A stretch of DNA of 64,000 bases. Origin: Paragordius varius (taxonomy: Eukaryota > Animalia > Nematomorpha). The notes beneath the pieces were generated by a model, which saw nothing but the letters and a program-made list of their open reading frames with translations, searched no databases and had not been told where the DNA came from. Positions 31,760-44,257 of the stretch are shown piece after piece. Position 1 is the stretch's first letter, and the number at the start of each line of letters is the position of its first letter. The position numbers were made by a program, and so were the translations under genes. The stretch is from the NCBI GenBank assembly GCA_964247055.1, contig OZ176050.1, positions 5,766,001 through 5,830,000 on the forward strand, read 5' to 3'.

Positions 31760-32574
31760 ACTATTATATTTCATCAGAATAGTTTTTTACAGCTCCGATT
31801 TTTGACACAATATATGTGCTAGATTATAAAATTAAATGTTTTAAAAAAGTGGATAGTTTTAAATTCAATTTCATAATTTATTGTGGCATATTTTTTGGTA
31901 GTTTGCGGTATATGTTGAAAACTTTTTATTTACGTTTTCCTTATATATTTTGATGATGCTAACTGCTGTTTTAAAATTTCGTTAACTCGTTCTTTAAATT
32001 TAAGTCAAACGTAAATTGGGTTTTACCTAAAAATTCTACTTAATTTAAAGTAAACACATATTTTAATTAAAATTTGAGGTGATAGAAATGTTTAGCATTA
32101 TCTAATTGTAGAGAAAAGGTGTTTACATTTCTAACACACTTCAAAATATCAATGAACACTCTTTGACAGAGATTCGCTAATTTTTAAGCAAAGTATGCAT
32201 TTTTTTGATACCATGATCTACATACATTTTTGCGCTTATTTAAATAAAATTCATCTATATAGCAGGCAAAAATTTACGACCTTCATGCTAAAAGTTAAAA
32301 TTTAATATAAATATTTTCCCAGTTTTTTATTTTATGATATATTTATCGATATTTTTTGGATTAAGCATCTAAATTTTACCACAAAAGAATGATTTCGTAT
32401 GATGTGCTTAAACTTGGCGATTTTTGAATAAGAAACAATTACCATACAAGTTAAATACTATGCAATTTAGTTTTGAAACGGTAAAAATTATAAATCCTAC
32501 TTTTATTTCAAAAATTGATGTCCCCGCCCTATTAAGAAAATTTATGACCTATGATAAAAATGTTTCGATCATAG

Positions 32575-32705
32575 TCAACACCCAACTCTTGCAAAGCTAA
32601 CAATTATGCCGGAAAAACGAGTCGGGGAGAGATGGATCGAGAATCTCAAAGAATTAACTTAATTGATATGCAGGTCAACTACCGCATGAGATGGAAAATA
32701 GGGTA
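32575..32705 (+). mobile_element. Possible 3' fragment of an RTE-like LINE ORF
   Basis: Locally GC-richer patch translating as HPTLAKLTIMPEKRVGERWIENLKEL...NYRMRWK. This resembles the 'GKR.RGRP..RW.D.V..D....DR..WR' end of RTE-clade ORFs. The match is short and degenerate. Confidence 0.35.
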
Positions 32706-34003
32706 AAAGTAAAAATGAAATTAAAATCATCATAATTAAAAGACAAATATTTTTTATATTATAGCTTTTCACCTTTGTTTTTTTAATTTTAATTATAACT
32801 ATTAGCATGTCTATCCTAGATGAGCCCAAAACAAATTTTAAAAATAATTATGATATAGGGCCAAATTAAAATATATATAAATGGTCTTCTAAGCGTATGT
32901 ATAAATTAATAATGTAGAATAATACCTTTGTTTAAATACAAAAAATGGTATAGCTGAATTAAATTAATAGATACATTTTATTTATTAATGATTGCACTAA
33001 ACTTAGTTGAATTACTATTTTATATTATCTGCAACTCCTGGTATAATTAGGTTTTTAGCAAAAGAGCAAAGTTCCCAAAAATATTTTAAAACCATTTTTT
33101 TTAAACGTATGAGAACATATGAAATTAGGTCCTATGTACTTGTCATCAAAGTAAAAAACTGAGTACCTTTTTGAATTAGCTCTTGGGTAGAGTTACCCGG
33201 TGAAAAAAGCACTTACAAACAAAAAACTACTAGTTTTCAGGAAATGTGTATTAATTAAATTAATAATGAACTCAAACATCTTTTATTCCGCTTATAAATT
33301 TGCTTGCATGTTTAGCCCGCCCGTCTAAAATCACGATTAACTGAAAAATTTCCTTAACTGGAAAAAAATAAACTCTCCCACAATTGGTCTAGAATGTGTA
33401 GAAATCCAAGTATTTCAATTCAATTATAAAAAAAATTATTTTTTAAATGCCCTCTTTCATCAATTCCTTAAACTGTTTTAAACGTATATGTCGGCTTTGA
33501 AGAAGCAATATCCCGAAATCGTGTAGGCCCATTCGATTTCAATTATAGAATTATACTCTTGGATGCGTTGAGCTTAGTCATTTTCTTAATCTCATTTTAA
33601 ATTAAATGTAATGATATTAAATTTATCACAGGTCTGAGCTTTGATAAATGAACATAAATTAAATAATAAGCGTATATGTATAATGGCACTAATTTAAAAG
33701 GATGAATGGAAAAACGCTCACATAGATGTTATTATATTTATGTTTAAGCTCATAATCTTCCAATTTGCCCAAATTTTTTATCCTCATTTGGAAAATATTT
33801 CATTTCGATAAGTCACAGCGACTTTTACAGGGCATAGCTATTTATTCATGACATCTATAAAAATCTTAATATCTATTTTTTAGTGCCAATTATTTGTTAA
33901 AGGATGGGCGTCCATTTGATTAATAATTTCAAATATATCTAATTTCTTAATTTATTTATATAAATAAAGTTTTCTGTAGATAATTTATTTATAAATATAA
34001 ATG

Positions 34004-37000
34004 TCATTTGCGTTTTTTCAATTCTACCACAAGCGTTTTCCCACCCATTTGCTTTCCGTTTAAGTTTAGAATTGCTAACTTGGCGGATTCAACGTTGGCA
34101 TAACTAACGAATCCTATGTAGACAAATGTATTAAAGACACACAGACAAAAGATTGACAGGTTTTTTTTATCACAAAAACAAATTTTACAAATTAACGCAT
34201 GCAACATACATCATTAACTTTCATACTATCACTTGCAAAATTTATATTCTCAAGACGTATCGCTTATTAACAAAACTTGTCTTTTTACCAAAGCATTTGC
34301 TCTTTTTGGTGTGTACATCTACAAACACCTTAGCAGACAAAACCATGCCAAATATTCTGAATATGGCACATAGATCGGAATCATTGACGGATGCCGGAAT
34401 ATTGTAAACAAATATATTTGCACCATCGGGCCCTGAACAACAAAAAATACGTTTTTTTGCAAAAAAAATATATTTGGCCTATTTCGAAAAATTTTATATT
34501 AAGTAAAACTGATCGTTATCTTAAAGTAATACCGGAAATTGGAATATATAATAAATGGATAAAATTTAGTATCAATCATATTTTAAACCAGAAGAGTAAA
34601 TAAAAGTATAGAACAATTTTGATATAATTATAATATATAAGATACCTTGAAGTTGTTTGGGTTGTTTATGGGTTGGCTGGTTGAAAAAATCCAAAGTTCC
34701 TAATAAATTTTAAGCAATTAACAACGGATATTAAATGACTTAAAGTACCTTTTAAAATTTTTTATTGAAGAAAAAATACCAAAATCTTTTAAATTATACC
34801 TTTGTTATGACAAGGCGATCTAAATTGAGACATGTAACCTGGTGCTGTTTGAGGAAAATTGGCCAATAATTGTTGTAAATTAGATTGGGTCGAAAGATGA
34901 GAATTTAGTTGCAAGCTATGATGGCAATGAAACAAAGAATTCGGTGCTTCCGTCAAAAAACTTTTTCGGGTTAACAAAAGGATGGCATTTAGATGACATT
35001 CAAGACATTCTGGGAGTATATTTGTTTTGACCTGCTCATTCATAGCTAAATTTTTGCACACGCATATATCAGAAGGACCTATATTGCAATTGCTATGGAC
35101 CATGCAATTATTATGAAGTATGCGATTGTTGGATATGTTGTTATTCATCATACCATTATACAATGAAGGAAGATTATGGAATTTTGTGTCAGTATGTATG
35201 GTTTGTTTCATATCGCTTTTTGGTGTAGTTAAACTATGTGATTTAACTTTATTGTTTGCATTAGCTATGCGCACCAATAAAGGGAGAGAAGATAGCTAAA
35301 AAATTAAAATTTTAAATTTGAAAGACCACAATTGGGCTAATAAATATTTTTTTTAACTTGAATTTGCTACTAATTATACATATATATTTCAATGGCTTAA
35401 ATTGATTTTTATTCAATTATTTGATAAAAATATAAATACAATTGTTAGTTGTTCATTGTTATTGATGATGGCTTGAATAGCTTCGGTCTTTGTGGAAAAA
35501 ACTAGGAGTGCACATTCTAATAAAAAATAATATGTAATCGTTGAAATTTTAAATAATATAATAAAACAAGGTGTTTTTATTACTTTTATTAGTTGTTTGA
35601 GTTTCGTTTAGTACATAACATTCTTCAACTATACCGTATTTCGAAAAATAATCAATTATTTGATCTTGGGTCGTTGCAACCGATAAATTGCCAACAAATA
35701 TTTTTCTATCTTGAATAATAAGAGGATAATATGAATTTATCATGAATATTGATTTATTCGTACATGCAAAGGCAATTTATGAAAGAATTTTAAGTTTAAA
35801 ATTAAATAAATTGTATTCAATATGTGCCCAAAACTAAAAAATTATTATATCAAACCTGATTTAGCTATTTCGTTTGCAGGTTTGATTTGAACTGTGTGTC
35901 TCATCTTAAATATTGTATAAATATATACTATAATATATTATTTTACTTTAAACCTAGCATAAATAAATATTATAATAATTAATTTAGATTTGATATGAAA
36001 ATAGTTCATTTTTTATATAAAATACCCCCTCCAAAACATTGTGTCTTGAAAAAATTTAGGCAAACGTAAATATTTTAACCTTGTGGGGACGCAATAACAA
36101 ATTTTGATATGTTAAAAGAGGTCATTTGCAAAAAAAGCTGGGAATCACTGCTCTAAGACATATGATGTCTGATAAAAATACTATTTATTAATCATACCCC
36201 AGGTAATTTTTTGATGCCATGCCAATCTACTTGAAACTCCAAGGCCGCCCGGCGATTTTTGAATGTCACAAAACAGCACCCTATAATATTTTATATTATA
36301 ATTTTACTTGAAAAAATAATTACTATTAGTTTTAAGCTTGTTAAAATTGTAATTTTATGCATTTTGGGGGTTAAGCCGGTGTAGAAATAATTTTTACCGG
36401 TTTATTGATAAAAAATCTAGTTTTGAGAGGAATCATTTTTTTATTTTAAATATTGTACATCGGCTCCTACACATTTCCCCCATCTCTTAGGTAATATATG
36501 AGTGCTGTGCCATTAAAACTAAATTGCGGCATATCATTTGTTAAGCCATTTTAACGTCTTTGAAATTAATGTAGTTGCGATCTGCAAGGTGTGTTTCAAT
36601 GATCCGAGGTTGTATTAGTCAGATGGCACTAGGTGACGAGAGTTCAGCGGATGCGAAAGAATTTTCATTCAAAGTGCCAAGGTGCCTTGTGATTTTGCTG
36701 TGTAAGTCGGAGCATTGTAATGTAACAAAATCACTTTGCCATGTCTTCTGGACATTCCGGTCGTTTTTCGATTAATGCATGGTTTAAGCTAATCCTTCGT
36801 TGGCGATAGCGTTTTGTATTAGCGGTTTTACCATTCTATAGATCATGTAACTCAATTTTGGTTTCAACATACACAGAGCACGCTTTTCTTGCCAAAGCGA
36901 ATTGGCATTGGGGTGGATGAGCCGGAATGGTGAACACGATTTTTCCGCTTTGGATTTAGACTTTACTTCTCGCCCTGCCCAAACGATGCATCTTTTCAAG

Positions 37001-38238
37001 TTGTTGCTGGATTTCACAATTCCTTTTGTCATTTTCGATTTGACCTTAACTCAAATTGTATGAAACGCATTGACCGAGTTTACTAGTCTTTCTCATTGCC
37101 CATCGATTTTTGTGATACATGTGAAGCTACTGCCAATTGTTGTTAAGTTTGAGTTGGGTCATCATACAAAATCTTGCATTTAACCCCTTTTTAGTTACCA
37201 GAGCGCCAACACTTTTTTACATAAAATCAAATGAAACCATTTTTCACATGTTAATTGATAGAGCATAACCATAATTTTCTCCCGTAAACGATAACTTTTA
37301 ACGGCTTTTTTCTTTTGGCAATGCGTGCCATAATTCTTTTACAGACACAAAATTCGACATGATTAATGAATGATAAGGCGTTATTTTTTGGGAAACTCAA
37401 CTTATTGTGTTTAATGTCAAAACAAAATGGGGTCTGTGTCAAATTAATCGCCTGCGCACTTTTCGATGACGTCTTTTTTTAATTAAACCGGTAATAACCA
37501 ATTACTACATCTGGTAAATAAAATTAAATTGTGAATAAAGTGCGAAATTAATTAATATTAAATTAATGCAAAAAATATTGTAAGAATTATTTATCCTGAT
37601 TTTAATTCCAAAGGAAAATTATAACTGAAAGTTTGACACTGTTTTTTGTATATATGATAGAAATTTATTACTTCTTTAAACCTACATTAAGGCAAATATT
37701 TGAGTAAATGGTTGTATAATATATATTAAATTTGATATTTATATGAACTATTTTTGTTAAGATTTAAATTTTTATAGATTCTCGAACTCGTTAAATAAAA
37801 ATACTAGTAGAAAGGTTATCTTTATTTACAAAAAATCGTAATTACATAAAGCCTTTACGATAGTATGGAAAAAGGGTGCATTCACCCAATTTAATTACAC
37901 AATACAAAGATGTAAATATATGTGTTATGTTTACTGGTAAAATCAATTAAACCTCTGCTATCGCCAGTTTTTAAATCTCGTAAAATATGGATTGCACTAA
38001 TCTGGCCATATGATTGTACTATATCTTGGATATCCTTGTCTGTATATGATTTCGGAATCTGACCAATAAACATTTTTAATTCATCTTTCATGGTAATACC
38101 CTGAGGTATTTCTACTTTCTTTTCCAATCTTATATCGATTGACTCACACAAATTGTCATTAATATTCTTATTATTATTCATGGTATTGGTATTCGATTCG
38201 CGATTAAACAACAGAAAATTATCTTTGTAATCAATCAT
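34004..38238 (-). CDS. CELF: CELF/Bruno-like RNA-binding protein (three RRMs), ~474 aa, divergent
   Basis: Exons: 38238-37953, 36280-36198, 35904-35856, 35709-35584, 35516-35440, 35295-34800, 34699-34646, 34432-34289, 34113-34004 (1425 nt, phases consistent). RRM1: LKMFIGQIPK...ILRDLKTGDSRGCCFVTF...KKLPGMRHTVQIKPA. RRM2: DRKIFVGNL. RRM3: GPDGANIFVYNIP...VLSAKVFVD..TKKSKCFGFVSY, a CELF hallmark. Confidence 0.92.
36125..36158. mobile_element. Solitary right end of a hAT/Charlie-like element
   Basis: aaaaaagctgggaatcactg followed by ctctaaga, a typical Charlie-type 3' terminus plus target-like 8-mer. I found no matching left end. Confidence 0.4.
36376..37514 (-). mobile_element. Decayed full-length mariner (Mos1/mauritiana-like) transposon in CELF intron 1
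   Basis: Degenerate ~30-bp TIRs: ccggtgtagaaataatttttaccggttt (36376) and aaaccggtaataaccaattactacatctgg (37485-37514). The minus-strand pseudo-ORF from ATG ~37360 reads MSNFV...KAVKSYRL...TCEKWF...LYDDPTQT*QQLA...NPKRK...PIRFGKKSVLCV...LNHALIEKRPE..RRHGKVILLHYNAP...ILSHPLNSRHLVPSD...KRWGKCVGADVQY, across several frameshifts and stops. Confidence 0.92.
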
Positions 38239-40153
38239 TTAATGTATTTAGAAGTGGATAAAGATTAAGTAATATTGGGTGAGTTTGGGTTTTTTCGTTT
38301 AACCGATTATTATGAGGCGAAAATTTTGAATTTCGGGATTTCCAAGCCTTATTATATATCGTTTTATATGAATCTTATTAAATTGTAATTCAATTTAAAG
38401 AGCTAGCTAACTATTTCAAATTTGTGATATTATCAGACAGGCTTCATAGATGTAGGCTTTACAATAATGTTGTGGATATGAGTGTGTAGTATAATGGAAG
38501 GAAGCTTTATGGGAAAGAAAGCTCTCTAATCTTTTGAAAAATATTACAATTATGATTTTTCACATATACATATTGTTATAATATATAATTTAATTTTAAA
38601 GTTATTACAATATTTTTTATTATACAGCATATATATTTTATATGATCCTTTTGTTAGTGCGCAATATTATTAATATAATACTAATATTAATATTAAAAAA
38701 ATTGAAAATGTATAAAATATGAATTTTATCAATTTCGAAAAAAACTGCATATTTTTATGATCAATATTATATTATCCAATATGTATTTTTATTATAATGA
38801 ATATGGCAGCAACACATATATCAAATTACGCAGTTAGAATTCTTATATTTTTACTCTAATAATTGGAAAAAATCAATTAATATTTTTTACATAATTTTTT
38901 TTTATTTTAAAAATATTTCATCGCTTTCAAACTGTTGTACTCTTTAATATTCGCACATTTTGTTTGCATTTTTCCAATGCCACTCAGCTATCTAGCTAGC
39001 TATCCGGACTAATTCAATTACATTGATCCATTTTAGATGGTGTGTAAAAAACTTTATCAAATAATGTATTATGTGTCAAAACAAATTAAACTCATCAAAC
39101 TATGATGTTTATAATTAAATTATTATTAGAGATAAAAATATTTTATGGTGGCTAGTAATTTTTTTGCTTTAAATGTGTAATCATTTTTTCAATGATAAAT
39201 CCGTTAGAAATATTCAATCGAAACAATAGTATTAGGCATTAAGTTATATTGAATTTGTGTAACTAGTCATAATATGATCAATTAAAATGTTTCAATTAAA
39301 TATACCGGACAATATTTTTTTCTTTTTTTTTATTTCGTAAAACCTAAAAATAATATAATATTATGTTTAATAATATTATTAATATTTTTAATACATTAAA
39401 AATTTATTTTATAAGTTTCATAACCAATTGGATTTTCTGCACAAATTTCGAACTTTCATATAAAACATTATAAAGATTTTATTGCGTAGTTTTACATACG
39501 CATAAAATCGAAAAATATCCCGAATATATATAATGAAAATGATGATTCTCATAGTCTTTTTGAATCATTTCCAATAGTAGAATTAGTCCATATTTAATAA
39601 TCGCAAAATACGCACATTATGTTAAATAAAATTTTTGTTAAATGAACCTTTTTTTAAAATTTATTAATAGCAAACTATTTTATATTTCAGGGCAGATATA
39701 TTTTTGACTCCGCTAATGGATTTCGTAAAAGAAAGGCAAACGAGGTCGCATGATAAGATTATTTGACATATGCTAGCCAGAATATAAAATCAAAAAATAA
39801 TTTTTGAAAAGCGTGTGCTTAAAAACTAAAATTTTGACAAAATGTAAGCGTACTTTATTGGTGTTAAAAAGCTAAGATATTATAACACTTTTTCTAAAAA
39901 ATTCAATGATGTTAATTTTGATTAAAATATTTGTCGGCTTCGAATATAAGTTAATATATATATATATTGTGTTTTGACAAAAAAAATCTAAATAAATTTG
40001 GAGCAAGCGAATCTTTTAATCAAATTGTTTAGCTAGAAATCAGCATAATTGAATTTGTAAATTTTTATAATATCATAAAGTGTTTTTATATCGTTTCCAT
40101 CATCCTTCAAAACACCATAAAAACGCTTCAATAAATTTTGCCAAAATTTAAAT

Positions 40154-40477
40154 AAGGGGTGCTCAACACAAATAACCTCACGGGCCGCATTCATAAAAAT
40201 TATACACCCATAAGCATTAACAAATATAAACACTATTTATTTTACCAATTATTGTTATTTACCAATAATATTTTCCCCTAAATCCACGGATAATACTTCA
40301 ATTCTAAAATAATGGTATAAAAATATTAAACGGCTTGAAAAATATACACCCTCTAACAATCAATTAATAATTTTTAGAATTTTGGCGATACATGAATGCT
40401 TGAAAATTATATATCAAAGGGGAAAACCTGAAATTATAATTATTATTTTTTCGATACCCACTTATTAGACACCCCTG
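40154..40477. mobile_element. Possible hAT-type MITE
   Basis: Left aaggggtgctcaacacaaataacctcacgggccgcat resembles the 61261 element. Right end is ttagacacccctg. The TSD is poor (atttaaat/atttctga). Confidence 0.4.
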
Positions 40478-40884
40478 ATTTCTGAAGCAAATTTGTTTTT
40501 TATATAAAATGTTTTTTTGGTGTCATACTCGAGCATATATAAACATAAATTTGTACTATCTCAGCTCTTTTTAATAATAAAAATAGGCAGTTTTGAGCTC
40601 AGTCTAAAAGTGTGACACTCTTAGAGCTTGCACAAATATAAAAGTTTGCCTTTTGAATATAGTTAGTGATATATTTTAATATTTTTTCTGAGAGGAAGCA
40701 TTTAGATTTCGCCAATTTTTTAAGAATATTGTGCACTTAAATTGCGATTTGGAATGTTTTACTACAAAAGTGGAATATAAATTGTGCCCAAAACCATAAG
40801 CTATATTAAGACTATCCTGATTATTCTATCTGAAAGTATATTATAATATTTTTTATGCCTTTATGTAGGTCTTACAGTCTAAAA

Positions 40885-41091
40885 CAGTGGTATTCACCGA
40901 AAAAATTTAAAGGGCAACAATTATTTATTTTGTTTCATGGGCCGTGCACCACATAATACCGATAAAAATTTCATAGCTATTTAACACATTTGCAAAAAAT
41001 ATTTATACTCAGAATAAATACATCAAAATATTTAATATATAATTTAAAGCCATACAAAAGCACTTTTAGGGCCGCGATTTGAATATCACTG
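40885..41091. mobile_element. 207-bp hAT (Charlie-like) MITE
   Basis: TIRs cagtggtattca / tgaatatcactg (1 mismatch). 8-bp TSD gtctaaaa (40877-40884) / gtttaaaa (41092-41099). Internal gggccg motifs. Confidence 0.8.
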
Positions 41092-41722
41092 GTTTAAAAC
41101 ATCATAAACTGTGGCCCGTCGCGGTCAGGAAAATGATTTTTGCAAAGCTAATACTACTGCCACTGGAAAGTAAATATGCAAACTTTTGAAAATTATTTCA
41201 CCGATTGCGAAAATTTTTTGGTAACTATTATTGGTCTTAGATCTGGATCCCAAAATCTAAATTATTATAACAGATATAAAATATTTAAAACTTGTAAAAA
41301 TCAATAATGAAAGATGTTTTTCTAAATTATAATAATCAATTAATGTTGCATATTAGATCAAAAGGCCTACATTTATAAATTTTGTAATTTCTATATTTTT
41401 TATTACATGGCATCATTTTCAACCGAAATGAAGAGCTGGAAAATTTGCTAACAAAATAGATAAAAAACCCTAATAATTGATTTTTTTTAAATTATAATAT
41501 AATTCTAGGCGCCAGTTTTATTAGCAAATTAACGAAAATCAAAAAAATATTTAAAAAGGTTTAACACTTGATTGCCTTTGGGGTAGAATTGTAAATCATA
41601 GCTTAAACTTGGAAATAAACTATTGTTTCGAGTTGTTAAAATAAAATTATTATAAAACAATCTTATGTGTAGATTTCAAAACAGGGGGTCTATAAAAATA
41701 TCCTGATGGAATATATATATAT

Positions 41723-42693
41723 CAGGGCTTGGAACCGGAACCGAAACCGCATGGAACCGGAACCCGGTTCCTGGGATTTTAACAAGAACCGGTTCCATTA
41801 GGATGGAACCAATGCGGTGGTTCCACTTCTCCGTGAACCACCCCGGTAACGATTCTAAAATTTCAGGAAACAACCCTGTTCTATCTATAAATTTTTAGAA
41901 ACCAACCCGGTTCCGGTTTCAACCTTTCAGGAACCAACTCGATTCAGGTTCCACCCCCTTAATTAGTGGTTCCCATATGATTTTTATTATAAAAAATTTT
42001 ATTATTCAAATTTGATTGTACCACTACATATTACATATTTAAACTTCAAACCTAAAAGTAAGCGCCTAATTATATATTAGTGAATCTCTCTGAATTTTGG
42101 TCGATTCAGCTGTTCTAAAAAAACTAATAGTCATAACTCAAGTTTAATTATAATACATATGTTCGTATATATAGGTTTCCGTTAAAATAATTTTATATTT
42201 TCAGACCTGAGAAGCAGTTTGACCAGCCAATCGCTTAATGCAATAATTTTTTTAATGTAAATAAAGATTATTTTTTAGATGCCATACTTAATTTAACACT
42301 CATTTTATACCTTTGTACTAATACATTTTCCCATTATATTTTTATAATTTGTTTCATTTATTATGCTACATTATATTTCATTCACTATAGATTTAGCAAT
42401 TTAATAAATTGTTTGATTAATAATTGTTAATATTTTGGTTGTATTAATGTTACAATAATGTTGTAAGAAAATCAATTAATCAAAAGTCACGAACCGAAAA
42501 CGGAACCGGTTCTAAATGTAAAAAACCGGTTCCGAAACCCCTAAATTTTTAGGAAACCAACGCGGATCCGGTTCCATTGTTCAGGAACCATTCCGGTTCC
42601 GGTTCCAAAATTTCAGGAACCGCCAGGTTTCACTTTTAAATTCTTAAGGACCAACGCGGTTCCAGTTCCACTTTGAGCCGGTTCCGAGCCCTG
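41723..42693. mobile_element. 971-bp hAT-like MITE with GGAACC subterminal repeats
   Basis: TIRs cagggcttggaaccgg / ccggttccgagccctg (1 mismatch). It is flanked by atatatat on both sides, compatible with an 8-bp TSD but inside an AT run. Dense ggaacc/ggttcc repeats occur in the terminal ~250 bp at each end, with an AT-rich non-coding core. Confidence 0.85.
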
Positions 42694-42719
42694 ATATATA
42701 TATATATATATATATTCTC

Positions 42720-43800
42720 ACAATGTGTATCAGGACTATCTTGGTACTTTTGGTTTTGCCCGTACGAGTGGGAAAGTTATTATCCATTTTGTAGTAACTG
42801 GTCCATATCAGATGGCAAAATTTAAAATATTTTGTTAAAAAATTTTGGCCAAAGCTACCTTTATTCGAAAAAATATCACTAAAATATATTAAAATTTGCA
42901 TGTAAAAAGCAAAACAATATTTTTACAAAATTTCAATATTTAGATGTGTCCTCCGAACATTCCAAATAATTTCGCTCTTCTATAATGATATTCTTCAAAT
43001 AAGACCAAAATGTCAAGATTGCGCAATGAATTTTCAAATATATGCTAAATTTTAATATCAACCAAAATTAAAAATGTGTACTTTATTCAAAAATTAAATT
43101 TATAGCAACATTTTGTTGAAGCGTGCTTCATACTATTTGAGGTAACTGAAACGATATAAAAGGGTTGAAGATTATAAAATGCCCTTTTCCTTAATTTGAC
43201 AATATGCTTTTTTTATACTTTGGGGCGCATTATACAAATTTTTTTAAAAAATCCCTATATCAATCCTTTTATCGCCATTGTTCTCTATAAATTTTTTAAA
43301 ACGCTAATGCAACAGTCAAATAAGTGTATACTCCTTTAGAAAATAAATAATTCACGTTGAAAGCTTTTGGGTACATTTTTCAAGCAAAAAATTTACATAG
43401 ATTTTGACAAAAGCTGTTCGCATCGTGTTTTGGAGCTGTCCCGATTTTAGACTCTAGAAGTCTCAAAACTTTAATAAATATAAGCATTTTATTATATACA
43501 CTAGAAAAATGTTTGATTATTAAATTTTACTAAAATTACTTTCAAAACTGTATTTTATTTGTAAAATTAAGTATCTGGGTTTAGACTACCACAAAAGGTA
43601 AACTAGGACAAAATAGTGAAATGGTAATGAAATGTTAGGATAACTAACCCATTATAGCTAAAAAAATCGGGACTTTTGGAGCCCACTCTTAAAATTAGTT
43701 TTTTCTTAAATGAAGCATTTAGCTTCAAACAAAAAATTCATTTAAAGAATGTGGGAAAATTTAGATTTCTTTACAAAGTGTGAAGATATTTTTTGTGGCA
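42720..43800. mobile_element. Long-TIR non-autonomous element, copy 4
   Basis: The left arm ~42720-43010 (aaaaagcaaaacaatatttttacaaaatttcaatattagatgtgtcctccgaac) is the reverse complement of the family arm. The right arm begins near 43660 (gggacttttggagcccactcttaaaatt). The internal segment gtcccgattttagactctagaagt recurs at ~46520 and, inverted, at ~62830. Confidence 0.5.
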
Positions 43801-44257
43801 CTGTGTATATAGATACTTTAAATTTGGCCCAATATCTTATACCTTATTTTTTTAAAAATCGATCATGTGAGTAGAAAACTGCTTCCATAGAATACCGTAT
43901 CTCCTTTTATTTATCTAATAATAATTGATTTTTTCTTAATGGAAGGTTTTAACAATTTGACTTAAAATTTGGCAGAATATGAACAAAAATTTTTATAATA
44001 ATAATTTTTGAGGAATTACATTTACAAAGCCATATATATAATATTAAAAATTTGAATGTTGCTCTATGTTAACTATTACATCAATAATTATGTAACAAAT
44101 ATTCTACTATATTTTTGTGGTCCAAGCTTTTAATTTGTATTCTTCAAAATATCCTATGAAAGATATTAGAATACACCAAAAAAGTTTTGTTAATAGTTTT
44201 CAGTGTTTTAATTTTTAATGTTTTTAGTTCATTAACAATGTTATTTTAGATATCAAT

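Noticed and set aside
34640-34646. Possible U12-type donors (gtatctt in CELF; gtatcac at 52633 in STK32)
   Set aside because: They do not match RTATCCTT, and no U12 branch-point consensus is evident. Treated as ordinary U2 introns.
36575-37442. ORF-track entries 36575-36775, 36784-37032 and 37251-37442 as genes
   Set aside because: They are off-frame or antisense by-products of the decayed mariner transposase.
41676-42901. ORFs 41676-41873 and 42644-42901
   Set aside because: They are translations of the GGAACC subterminal repeats and AT runs of a MITE.
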